A stretch of 64,000 nt of DNA from Eledone cirrhosa (taxonomy: Eukaryota), in NCBI GenBank assembly GCA_964016885.1, contig OZ024740.1, positions 164,114,001-164,178,000 of the forward strand, given 5' to 3'. The notes beneath the pieces are model-generated. The model was given only the letters and a program-made list of their open reading frames with translations, had not been told where the DNA came from and made no database searches. How positions within the stretch are numbered: the first letter of the stretch is position 1; every line of letters begins with the position of its first letter. A program made the translations under genes and the position numbers. Shown in pieces: positions 29,783 through 41,995 of this stretch.

Positions 29783-32127
29783 CCTGACGAAATAATAAAA
29801 TTAATATTAATCATTGTTTTCCCTCAACATATAATTACTTTAGTTAGCTTTTTGGTATTCCCTGTAGTGAATATGCTGTCTCTAATATAACCTTTGGTAG
29901 TAAGTCATTATTTAAGCACATCATATTCCTGATTACTTGCATATTAAGTATCTAATTTAAAATCAACATTCCCCTTATATATTAAATACATAAACTTCTA
30001 AATACTTAGCATGTAATTTAATATCCAAGTCATCCAAAACGTTTTAAACAATAAACTTCTCTATTATGTTGAGCTAACAAGCAGGAGGTTAGTTTACTGA
30101 TTTGTAATATTATTGTAGGAAATTAAATTTGAAAAAACATCTACTTAAGTGAAAATATAGTTTCACACAGTCTTATTTACGATACTTCTCAAGCTGTTTG
30201 AGAATTCTCAGGTATGTTAGAGGCTAAATATTGTAAACATTTTATAAATGAAAAGAAAATTGTTAAAACAACAAATTTCAACAAAACCTAAAAAACAAAA
30301 AACAACTGGAAAATATAAATATTAGCATTTATATGAACTGTACATATCTAGAAAAATATGTCATGCATTTCAAATTACATCTTTTTCCGAGAACCTGCCC
30401 TTTATAATTCAAATATGGCGAAAGAATAACAAATCTTCATCCGCATTTAATAAGGCGCTAATATTCCAAGCCGCCATAGCTTTTAGGTATCTACCCTCTT
30501 CCTTCTTTAAAAAGAATGCCCCTGGTGAAGATGTCAATAGTACAAACACCAGCGACAACAACTAAATTACTAATTGGCTGAACCTTATCTGAAATAATAA
30601 AAAATACGGATGTTGGCTTGAAGAAATAAGCCAACCTCCATCCGCTTTTAAGAGGAACTAAATAATTAAATGTTATGCGAAAAACCTTGCTGAATGAATT
30701 AGTAAAGCACTTGACGACTTCATAAACGCGGGTTGTAGATAAAACAAAGGTATAAAGTTTCTTGTTCTCTAGAACGGAACTAATTTCATTTTATAAACTG
30801 CTCATGCGCACGTAAGGAAACGGAAAGAAATGCAAGTTTGGCTTAAATAAAACTCAAATTTAGAAGCTGGCTGCATGAAATCCAAAACATTTCAAACAAA
30901 AATAAGTTAAGAATTTGTGTGATTCTTAGAGATTTGAAGACGATTAATAATTCTCAGTGAACCCGAAGTATATATATTTTTTACACGAATACTTTTATTT
31001 TCTTACGAACAAAATGATAATTGTTCATATTTATTTGTTTCTTTTTCTAGTCCGATGGTTATTTTTTAGTCAGCCATTCTGGTGTACATATTTTGGAGTT
31101 TATACGTTTTTATTCCGAACCACTTCACAATTACTGTAGTAAGAATCATATTTGATCCCAGTAAACCACGCAATGGAAAAAATGTTGAACTAGACGACAG
31201 TAGTGAAAACAAGAATAACAAATCCGATGACTACGATGACTATGGCGATTATGGAAGCAACAACATGGTGCTTCACTTTTAATAATAATTACATGTTTAA
31301 AAGAATCAAGATATTTGAAAAATGAAAACTACAAAATCAACAGAGATAAAAATCTTAAGAATATAGTCGTAGATGGAAGCTGTTTTGGTGTAAATAAAAT
31401 AATGTTTTTTATTAAAATACTGGAATGTTTTTAGGAAAAATATGAGAATGATTTGATATCAATCTCTAAGTGTCGTGATAAACAGAATTGAAATGCTCGG
31501 GCTCATTCCCATCACTACCAAAAGTATATTTTCTATCTTGAAGATTTAAATATACGAAAGAAAAATATATAAAAGATAAACCTAGGCATTTAAAACTTGG
31601 TTCTCATGTATTGCGCTAAGACGGCAGCGTACAAAATGTACTTATTTAAAGTTTTGTCTTTTTCTATGATGGTAGCAAATGATACAATTTTCGGGGCCGT
31701 AGAAACTCATCAGTGGACAAGTTTCTCTGTAGCGCTTTTATATAGAGTATCTAGAACAAGCCTGTTCGGTAGATTCCCTTCCTAGCAGATTATATACTCA
31801 GGATGATTTGAATTGAGAACTTTGAGCTAAAAATTTATTCATAAATTCAGAGTAGATTATTATTGTCCTGGTTTACTACAAGGTAGACTGGCCAATTTGC
31901 GAGTTAAGGGAGTTGGCTACAGAAGTATTGGTATTATGCGATCACTTAACATAAACTGTTAATTCAACACACTATAATATGGATTTTTCTGCGCGGTCAC
32001 TCAACGTACAAACAATAATCAAATACCTACAGTCTCAACTGTCACCCTATCTTATAAAACAGACTACATGGCATACCCTTCATGATAGATCTGCTCAATC
32101 AGGACTGATCTACAGAATTGTGGATAA

Positions 32128-32128
<1 letters not shown>

Positions 32129-32226
<98 letters not shown>

Positions 32227-32230
32227 GTTG

Positions 32231-32304
<74 letters not shown>

Positions 32305-32318
32305 GCTGCTGCTGATGC
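32129..32318. repeat. (CTA)n/(CTG)n compound microsatellite
   Basis: Direct inspection. Confidence 0.95.
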
Positions 32319-32399
32319 TGAAATAAAGGAAAGGAAATTTCTGTCTACCCTCGGGCAATCGCTCATCCTTTGAATCTTAAGAATACGTTGTAGATTTTC

Positions 32400-33995
32400 C
32401 AGATATAGTGGCCATTTACTTCGTTACTTCGTAAAAAATCCAAGTTCAGTCACACTTTAATCCAAGCGTATTGATATATACCTTGTATCTTGAGGGTGCG
32501 GTCCTTAGTCATTCGTAGGGCATGGCCAGCCCATCTAGATTGGGATTGCATCAGAAATGACTCAATCTTACCGATGTTGCACCACGTGGCATTGGAGACT
32601 CTGTCAGAAAGTGAATACTTACAGATAGAGCAAAGACAAAGTTCATGGAAGACATTAACTTTTCAGGGATATATCTCTGACACCCCATAGACGATGATGC
32701 AGCTTGTCAATAGCGCCAGTAGGTTTGGATACGTGATTGACAATCTCATCATCTAGTGATGCAGTGGAGCTTACCTTGCTGTCAAGATAAGCAAAGGAGT
32801 TCACATACTTTAGATCTTTGCGATCAACAGTGATAGGAAGATGAGGGTGTCCATTCCGTGGCTGTCCCTGCTTAAAATTTTCTACTTAAAAGTGTTCGTA
32901 ATGCTGATTGTTAACCCAAATGACTTACAGGCAAACAAGAAACAGTTCACCAATTCCTGTGCCTCTACGAGGGGTGTTGCAACAAGTGCAACAGCATCAA
33001 TAAACAGTAAATTACGAATAACATTTGTTTATGTAAGTGTTTCAGCATTAAAGCGTTGGTAGTTGAATAACTCACCTGATGTATGGTATTCATAGCTGAT
33101 ACCAGTCTAAGACGCCAAATGCATACTGGAGCATTGCAGAGAAGGACAAAGCAAAGAGAATAGGAGCCATGACACAATCCTGCTTCGTACCCTTTGTGAC
33201 ACCAAAGGGGTCAGAGCATTCCCCACTAGACATAATTGATGCTTTCATGACCTCATGAAAAGACAGGATGACATTCAGCATATTGTCAGGTTTGCCAAGC
33301 TTTTTGAGTGTTTTCCAGAGAGCTATAGTCAGGTTGACAAAACACATAAACAGCTCCTGGTTCTTTCCACGAACCTTCTCTACAACCTAATCAACATTGG
33401 TTTTCAAGGTGAATATAATCTGGTGTAACTCTGCTGAGAATGAATCGGGCAAGTATCTTACCAGTAACACTGAAAATGAAGATGCCGTGATGGTAGTCAC
33501 AAATAGATTTTGAACCTCTGTTCTTAAAGCGATAGATTATAGATAAATCTCTGAAGTCTTGAGAGACATGTTCGACGTTCCAGATTTCCAGAAATAGCTG
33601 AAGAAGCCTAAGAATCAGTTTTTGACCACCGAATTTGAAAATTTGAAGTAGGATGCTTTCTTTATTGGATGACAGGTGCTTGTAATTCATTCAAGCTTGG
33701 ATTGAATGCTAATTCGGGTATCTCTGGTCTTTGTGTAATAGATGATATTAGATATTCATCTGTGTTTGACTCAGCATTTAGGACCTTCTCAAAGTGTTCT
33801 TTCCCTCGAAAGAGTATTTGAGCTTTGTCAGTGTATAGGTTCATACCATCAGTGGATAGAACTGGAGTTGACCTGCTTCTCCATTATAAAAGGCCCTTGG
33901 GTCTTTTTTATCAGCAACTTCTTTTAGTTCAACTGATCTACGGCCCACCAAGCACCCTTCATCTTTCTAGGTTAGGACTGCGCTCAAAGGTCACC
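32400..33995 (-). mobile_element. Decayed RTE (BovB-like) LINE
   Basis: KEHFEKVLN, FKFGG..L..RL.QLF..IW, GKILAR.IL.R, SFHE.MKA....G..SDPF.VT.GTKQ.CVMAPILF. Confidence 0.85.
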
Positions 33996-34032
33996 TGATA
34001 CACACGCACACACACACACGCACACACATGCA

Positions 34033-34145
<113 letters not shown>

Positions 34146-34876
34146 ATATGATTAGACAAAATAAATCTGAAACACAAGATTCCAACATATTCCTGATCAA
34201 TATAAAAGAAAATATCAAAAAAGTTTTTCTACATGATTATTTTCCTTCTTTGATGAGCTAAATACTAAATTGACGACAGCGTTTAGGGAGTCCCAAACAC
34301 TTTCCACGCGAAATCTTCCGGTGTTTCTTTTAACACCTTCTTTGTTTCATAAATAGCAAGAATATTTTTGTTTAAAAAAAAATTCCGTGACTAATTTGTT
34401 TTTTGTAAATTTTTGTAAATTTTTGTAAATTAACAAATAAAGGAAACAACACATATAAAACACAACACAGCTACAAAATGAATATAAACAAAGTAAATAC
34501 ATAAATAAATACCAGATAAACGCTACCTCTCAACACGTATATTCTATATATAAACAATTCTTTCCACCCCGCAACCATAAACGACTCCAGAGGAACAAAT
34601 AAATAGATGTTCTCACTGAAATCTTTATTTGACGTTACTTGTAAAAATGGTGGCTTCTAGATCTGCTATAGATACGGCTAAAGTGTTGCTGTAATGATAT
34701 GCTCTGCTACGATATTTGCTGCCTAAATGAAAGTAAGGTCTTTATTTCTACAGTTAGGTATTTGGATATTTTCTTTTCTTTTCTTTTCTTTTTATTTCGG
34801 ATTTACTTTATCTTTATTTTGGTTTGTTATTTTTGTCTTTATGGAACCTAAATAACATCATAATACATACATACAT

Positions 34877-34908
<32 letters not shown>

Positions 34909-34940
34909 GGGCGTGTGCGTGTGAGAGAGAGTATGTGTAC

Positions 34941-35032
<92 letters not shown>

Positions 35033-35033
35033 G

Positions 35034-35064
<31 letters not shown>

Positions 35065-35279
35065 GTTAAGAATGTACATCCACATATGTATACTGAAATA
35101 CTAGTATGCATATGAATACACACACGTGTACATATGTAGATGTACCGAGTTTTTCACTGGTCACTTTACTGTGAGTGTCCAGCTATTCTGTATGTAAACA
35201 CACAGACAAACCGGTTTTTAGAGTCATACTGGTTTTTGAGGAAACACCTTTCCTCTATTCTCCAGAAAGCCAGACAAGG

Positions 35280-35324
35280 AATATTGGACTAGTTTCGATG
35301 TTGTTACATCTCATCAGCAATATT
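35280..35324 (-). ncRNA. Minimal type I hammerhead ribozyme, copy 1 (further minus-strand copies at 35746-35790, 36212-36256, 36678-36722, 37144-37188, 37610-37654, 38076-38120)
   Basis: Minus strand AATATTG-CTGATGA-GATGT aaca ACATC-GAAA-CTAG-TC-CAATATT. Stem I 7 bp, stem II 5 bp, palindromic ACTAGT stem III, GUC cleavage triplet. Confidence 0.93.
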
Positions 35325-38300
35325 TACCCATCTTCCGGCCTTTCTAGAGAATCGTAAAAGCACATATCGTTATATGCTTTTTCTATGAAAATTAGTAGTG
35401 GGCAGACTAATTTGCATAGAGCGTGAGTACGTACCGGTTCAACGGAGACGATAAAAACAAATAACGAAACGAAATTAAATTTTGTTTCGTTTGTAACTCA
35501 CTTTTGTATGACTGACGCTTAAACAATTAAGTTAAGAATGTACATCCACATATGTATACTGAAATACTAGTATGCATATGAATACACACACGTGTACATA
35601 TGTAGATGTACCGAGTTTTTCACTGGTCACTTTACTGTGAGTGTCCAGCTATTCTGTATGTAAACACACAGACAACCCGGTTTTTAGAGTCATACTGGTT
35701 TTTGAGGAAACACCTTTCCTCTATTCTCCAGAAAGCCAGACAAGGAATATTGGACTAGTTTCGATGTTGTTACATCTCATCAGCAATATTTACCCATCTT
35801 CCGGCCTTTCTAGAGAATCGTAAAAGCACATATCGTTATATGCTTTTTCTATGAAAATTAGTAGTGGGCAGACTAATTTGCATAGAGCGTGAGTACGTAC
35901 CGGTTCAACGGAGACGATAAAAACAAATAACGAAACGAAATTAAATTTTGTTTCGTTTGTAACTCACTTTTGTATGACTGACGCTTAAACAATTAAGTTA
36001 AGAATGTACATCCACATATGTATACTGAAATACTAGTATGCATATGAATACACACACGTGTACATATGTAGATGTACCGAGTTTTTCACTGGTCACTTTA
36101 CTGTGAGTGTCCAGCTATTCTGTATGTAAACACACAGACAAACCGGTTTTTAGAGTCATACTGGTTTTTGAGGAAACACCTTTCCTCTATTCTCCAGAAA
36201 GCCAGACAAGGAATATTGGACTAGTTTCGATGTTGTTACATCTCATCAGCAATATTTACCCATCTTCCGGCCTTTCTAGAGAATCGTAAAAGCACATATC
36301 GTTATATGCTTTTTCTATGAAAATTAGTAGTGGGCAGACTAATTTGCATAGAGCGTGAGTACGTACCGGTTCAACGGAGACGATAAAAACAAATAACGAA
36401 ACGAAATTAAATTTTGTTTCGTTTGTAACTCACTTTTGTATGACTGACGCTTAAACAATTAAGTTAAGAATGTACATCCACATATGTATACTGAAATACT
36501 AGTATGCATATGAATACACACACGTGTACATATGTAGATGTACCGAGTTTTTCACTGGTCACTTTACTGTGAGTGTCCAGCTATTCTGTATGTAAACACA
36601 CAGACAAACCGGTTTTTAGAGTCATACTGGTTTTTGAGGAAACACCTTTCCTCTATTCTCCAGAAAGCCAGACAAGGAATATTGGACTAGTTTCGATGTT
36701 GTTACATCTCATCAGCAATATTTACCCATCTTCCGGCCTTTCTAGAGAATCGTAAAAGTACATATCGTTATATGCTTTTTCTATGAAAATTAGTAGTGGG
36801 CAGACTAATTTGCATAGAGCGTGAGTACGTACCGGTTCAACGGAGACGATAAAAACAAATAACGAAACGAAATTAAATTTTGTTTCGTTTGTAACTCACT
36901 TTTGTATGACTGACGCTTAAACAATTAAGTTAAGAATGCACATCCACATATGTATACTGAAATACTAGTATGCATATGAATACACACACGTGTACATATG
37001 TAGATGTACCGAGTTTTTCACTGGTCACTTTACTGTGAGTGTCCAGCTATTCTGTATGTAAACACACAGACAAACCGGTTTTTAGAGTCATACTGGTTTT
37101 TGAGGAAACACCTTTCCTCTATTCTCCAGAAAGCCAGACAAGGAATATTGGACTAGTTTCGATGTTGTTACATCTCATCAGCAATATTTACCCATCTTCC
37201 GGCCTTTCTAGAGAATCGTAAAAGCACATATCGTTATATGCTTTTTCTATGAAAATTAGTAGTGGGCAGACTAATTTGCATAGAGCGTGAGTACGTACCG
37301 GTTCAACGGAGACGATAAAAACAAATAACGAAACGAAATTAAATTTTGTTTCGTTTGTAACTCACTTTTGTATGACTGACGCTTAAACAATTAAGTTAAG
37401 AATGCACATCCACATATGTATACTGAAATACTAGTATGCATATGAATACACACACGTGTACATATGTAGATGTACCGAGTTTTTCACTGGTCACTTTACT
37501 GTGAGTGTCCAGCTATTCTGTATGTAAACACACAGACAAACCGGTTTTTAGAGTCATACTGGTTTTTGAGGAAACACCTTTCCTCTATTCTCCAGAAAGC
37601 CAGACAAGGAATATTGGACTAGTTTCGATGTTGTTACATCTCATCAGCAATATTTACCCATCTTCCGGCCTTTCTAGAGAATCGTAAAAGCACATATCGT
37701 TATATGCTTTTTCTATGAAAATTAGTAGTGGGCAGACTAATTTGCATAGAGCGTGAGTACGTACCGGTTCAACGGAGACGATAAAAACAAATAACGAAAC
37801 GAAATTAAATTTTGTTTCGTTTGTAACTCACTTTTGTATGACTGACGCTTAAACAATTAAGTTAAGAATGTACATCCACATATGTATACTGAAATACTAG
37901 TATGCATATGAATACACACACGTGTACATATGTAGATGTACCGAGTTTTTCACTGGTCACTTTACTGTGAGTGTCCAGCTATTCTGTATGTAAACACACA
38001 GACAAACCGGTTTTTAGAGTCATACTGGTTTTTGAGGAAACACCTTTCCTCTATTCTCCAGAAAGCCAGACAAGGAATATTGGACTAGTTTCGATGTTGT
38101 TACATCTCATCAGCAATATTTACCCATCTTCCGGCCTTTCTAGAGAATCGTAAAAGCACATATCGTTATATGCTTTTTCTATGAAAATTAGTAGTGGGCA
38201 GACTAATTTGCATAGAGCGTGAGTACGTCATACAAAAGTGAGTTACAAACGAAACAAAATTTAATTTCGTTTCGTTATTTGTTTTTATCGTCTCCGTTGA

Positions 38301-38571
38301 ACCGGTACGTACTCACGCTCTATGCAAATTAGTCTGCCCACTACTAATTTTCATAGAAAAAGCATATAACGATATGTGCGTCAGTCATACAAAAGTGAGT
38401 TACAAACGAAACAAAATTTAATTTCGTTTCGTTATTTGTTTTTATCGTCTCCGTTGAACCGGTACGTACTCACGCTCTATGCAAATTAGTCTGCCCACTA
38501 CTAATTTTCATAGAAAAAGCATATAACGATATGTGCTTTTACGATTCTCTAGAAAGGCCGGAAGATGGGTA

Positions 38572-38616
38572 AATATTGCTGATGAGATGTAACAACATCG
38601 AAACTAGTCCAATATT
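38572..38616 (+). ncRNA. Minimal type I hammerhead ribozyme, inverted copy 8
   Basis: aatattgCTGATGAgatgtaacaacatcGAAActagTCcaatatt; predicted cleavage after 38609. Confidence 0.93.
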
Positions 38617-39037
38617 CCTTGTCTGGCTTTCTGGAGAATAGAGGAAAGGTGTTTCCTCAAAAACCAGTATGACTCTAAAAACCGGTTTGTCTGTGTGTTT
38701 ACATACAGAATAGCTGGACACTCACAGTAAAGTGACCAGTGAAAAACTCGGTACATCTACATATGTACACGTGTGTGTATTCATATGCATACTAGTATTT
38801 CAGTATACATATGTGGATGTACATTCTTAACTTAATTGTTTAAGCGTCAGTCATACAAAAGTGAGTTACAAACGAAACAAAATTTAATTTCGTTTCGTTA
38901 TTTGTTTTTATCGTCTCCGTTGAACCGGTACGTACTCACGCTCTATGCAAATTAGTCTGCCCACTACTAATTTTCATAGAAAAAGCATATAACGATATGT
39001 GCTTTTACGATTCTCTAGAAAGGCCGGAAGATGGGTA

Positions 39038-39082
39038 AATATTGCTGATGAGATGTAACAACATCGAAACTAGTCCAATATT
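39038..39082 (+). ncRNA. Minimal type I hammerhead ribozyme, inverted copy 9
   Basis: Identical to 38572-38616, 466 bp downstream. Confidence 0.93.
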
Positions 39083-39370
39083 CCTTGTCTGGCTTTCTGG
39101 AGAATAGAGGAAAGGTGTTTCCTCAAAAACCAGTATGACTCTAAAAACCGGTTTGTCTGTGTGTTTACATACAGAATAGCTGGACACTCACAGTAAAGTG
39201 ACCAGTGAAAAACTCGGTACATCTACATATGTACACGTGTGTGTATTCATATGCATACTAGTATTTCAGTATACATATGTGGATGTACATTCTTAACTTA
39301 ATTGTTTAAGCGTCAGTCATACAAAAGTGAGTTACAAACGAAACAAAATTTAATTTCGTTTCGTTATTTG

Positions 39371-39413
<43 letters not shown>

Positions 39414-39614
39414 CAAAACGACCAATTCTGTAAGGGGAAATACTATTATCTACGGTGGTCTCCTCACGTTCAGATGTATACCTGATATAACTGGTGATGA
39501 TCGCAAATGATAAATATTTAACTCATCTCCAGATAATTTATCTTCAAGAAGGAAAATTAACACTCCCTACTAAAAATAAAAATCCTTTTTAGAACTAAGG
39601 AGCAGGTATGATTG

Positions 39615-39770
39615 AATAGTTAAGATGCGCGCTTCGCAAGCACGTGTTTCCGGCTTAGATCCCATTGCGAGTCACTTTCGGCAAGTATCTTTTGTTGTAA
39701 CCTGGGTTGATCTACTCCATGTGAATGAAGTTCGCTTGACAGTGATTGTGCAGAAGTCAGCCCGTCATAT
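39615..39770 (+). mobile_element. Old SINE of a second family
   Basis: Degenerate tRNA head, ggcaagtatctt body, gaagtcagcccgtc end followed by (TA)n. Confidence 0.5.
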
Positions 39771-39783
39771 GTGTATATATATG

Positions 39784-39848
<65 letters not shown>

Positions 39849-41584
39849 GAGCAAATGTCTGGGGTGGGCACTTTCAAAACCTATAGGCATTCAGAAGTAT
39901 ACAAGACAGCGAAGACCCTAAGTGTTGCCTCCCATGTCATAAATAATTGTCTATGTATGGTCCACATCTAAGCAAAGGTCGGCATATGCGAAGCTGGGAG
40001 TTGTAACTAGTTGTTGAACCAACTATCACGGGTCTTTTTGATCAGCGTTGATCTGAAGTAACAATAACAATAAAAAGGAAAATATTTTCATTTGTGTATA
40101 AATAAGATATTTGGTAATTAAATTTCGAATTAATATTTCAATAATTTCTTTCCATAGCAACAATGAACAAATTAAACTTTTCGTTTATGACAGCTACCAA
40201 ATAATCTTTTCTCATTTAATTTAATCAGAAATAAGATATTATCGACCGAGTTCCCTCTACCATGACGATCATTATTCTAATATTTTAAAAACAAAATGTG
40301 ATACAAAGAACTGGAAAAAGTTATTCTATGATTTAATTTTTAGATTTTCAGAAAAATAGTTTAAAAAATATACAACATTTTTAGTAAAGGATATATTGAA
40401 GGAGAATGGCCATTCAAAACGATAAAAAATGTAAGCCGCGTGTAAGATAGGTATTATGATGAATGCTTAAGAATAATCACAATTGTACACAAATAGCTGA
40501 AGAGATTTAGTGTAAAATTTAATTATAGTATATTTTAGACATCTACTGAAAATTGAATAAAGTGTAAAATGTTACAACTTGTTTCAAGTCAAATGTATAA
40601 ACATAAATTGTATTTCACTAAGAAATATATGTTTCTCTCACAATCTTGTCTCCTTGTCACAGAAGCATGAACTTTTGTGGTTATGTCAGAAACAAGTTAT
40701 AAGTTTAAAAGTGACTTTCTGATTAAAAAGTTAGGAAAGAAGACAAATTTTTCAAATTCTCGAGTGAAACAAATACCTTGGTGTAGACAGTATACCGTAT
40801 AAATGAATAAATGAAATACAGATTTTAGTATCCTGTCGAAATATTAAAAGATAGACAGGTGCAATGACAAGCGAAGCTATAAGTAAATATGAAAGTATTC
40901 AGTCTCTTGAATTATCAGAATAACCATTATGGTTGACACAAGACGTAAATCTCTTTATGTGTCCGTTTCGGAAAATTCACATGTCAAGAAATAATGGTGG
41001 AATAGATATGGAAATTATTTTTGGTTTGCGTTGCCAAATAGGATTTGGAACCTATTACCATCAATATTATTGTCTCAGTTAAGCTTACAAGAAATCTTTC
41101 AAGAAGAAATACCGGTGAAACCACAGTAGTGGTGCGATTGTCGTACAATAATTATGCGGGCGGGGGTGGGGGGTGAGGTGGAGGTACGCTTCAGTGTGAA
41201 GAATTTAAAATAAAGAGATGGAAACACCTCACACTGAAATGCTTGTTAACGCACGAAAGGTTCCGAGACTCCCTGATTTCATATATAGCGATGTCTCTTA
41301 TAATGGTTGAACAGGCACTTTTCAACGTGGTTAGATAACTGATTTATGAGGTAACCAGAAGAAATGTAGTTACATAATAGTAGAAACTCGTTTTATATTG
41401 CGTGTAAGAACATATCTATAACTTGAGAGAAATAACTTAAAAACGATACAATTAAAATATATGCTTTTAAGCTGACAACATTGAAACAATTTTTGCATGT
41501 TAGGGAATTGCGGTGCCTGTTGTTAACAAAGAATGGTATTAAATGTGAGACAAAAACTACAAGTTTGAGCTATTGATTAATAAT

Positions 41585-41995
41585 TATGAATACGATCGAG
41601 AATACAAGCGGCCGAAATGGGGTTCCTTCGAAAGGTCTTTGGATTAAGGTTACTCGATAAAGTGCGTCACTCGAAGATCAGAGAGGCACTCCAGGTAGAG
41701 CTATTACTTTTCCGAATAGAAAGATCACAGCTCCGATATTACGGACATATGGTTAGAATGTCTCTAGAAAGAATCGCTGGACAGATTTTTACGGGCAAAA
41801 CCAACTGGCAGGAGATTCAAGGGAAGGTCCCGAGCAAGATGGTTGGACAACATCCATGAGCTCGGCTGATCTCGCGTGGGGGGTCCAACCGGATTAATTG
41901 AAAACGGTTCTTTCTGACAGAACCCACTGGAAGGTGTACTTGAGGACTCTGCTACCACGAGCCTCCCAAGGATAAGTGCGAGACGATGAAGATTA
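41585..41995 (+). mobile_element. RTE-group LINE 3' fragment
   Basis: RIQAAEMGFLRKVFGLRLLDKVRHSKIREAL...IERSQLRYYGHMVRM. Confidence 0.8.

Larger units (their letters stand above)
35059..39377. mobile_element. Hammerhead-containing 466-bp tandem array (non-LTR retrozyme-like): ~6.8 units, inversion at ~38228, then ~2.5 inverted units; flanked by (TA)n
   Basis: Exact 466-bp period (the ORF track repeats at 35175, 35641 ... 37971 and at 38539/39005 on minus); only a few substitutions seen; one hammerhead per full unit. Confidence 0.93.

Noticed and set aside
35175-35357. Repeated 60-aa ORF (MSSYSVCKHT...) in the array
   Set aside because: GTG start, no recognisable motif, antisense to the ribozyme; its identity across copies only reflects the DNA repeat.
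35059-39377. CRISPR array, snRNA cluster or 5S cluster
   Set aside because: No variable spacers, and no recognisable snRNA, 5S or tRNA sequence in the unit.
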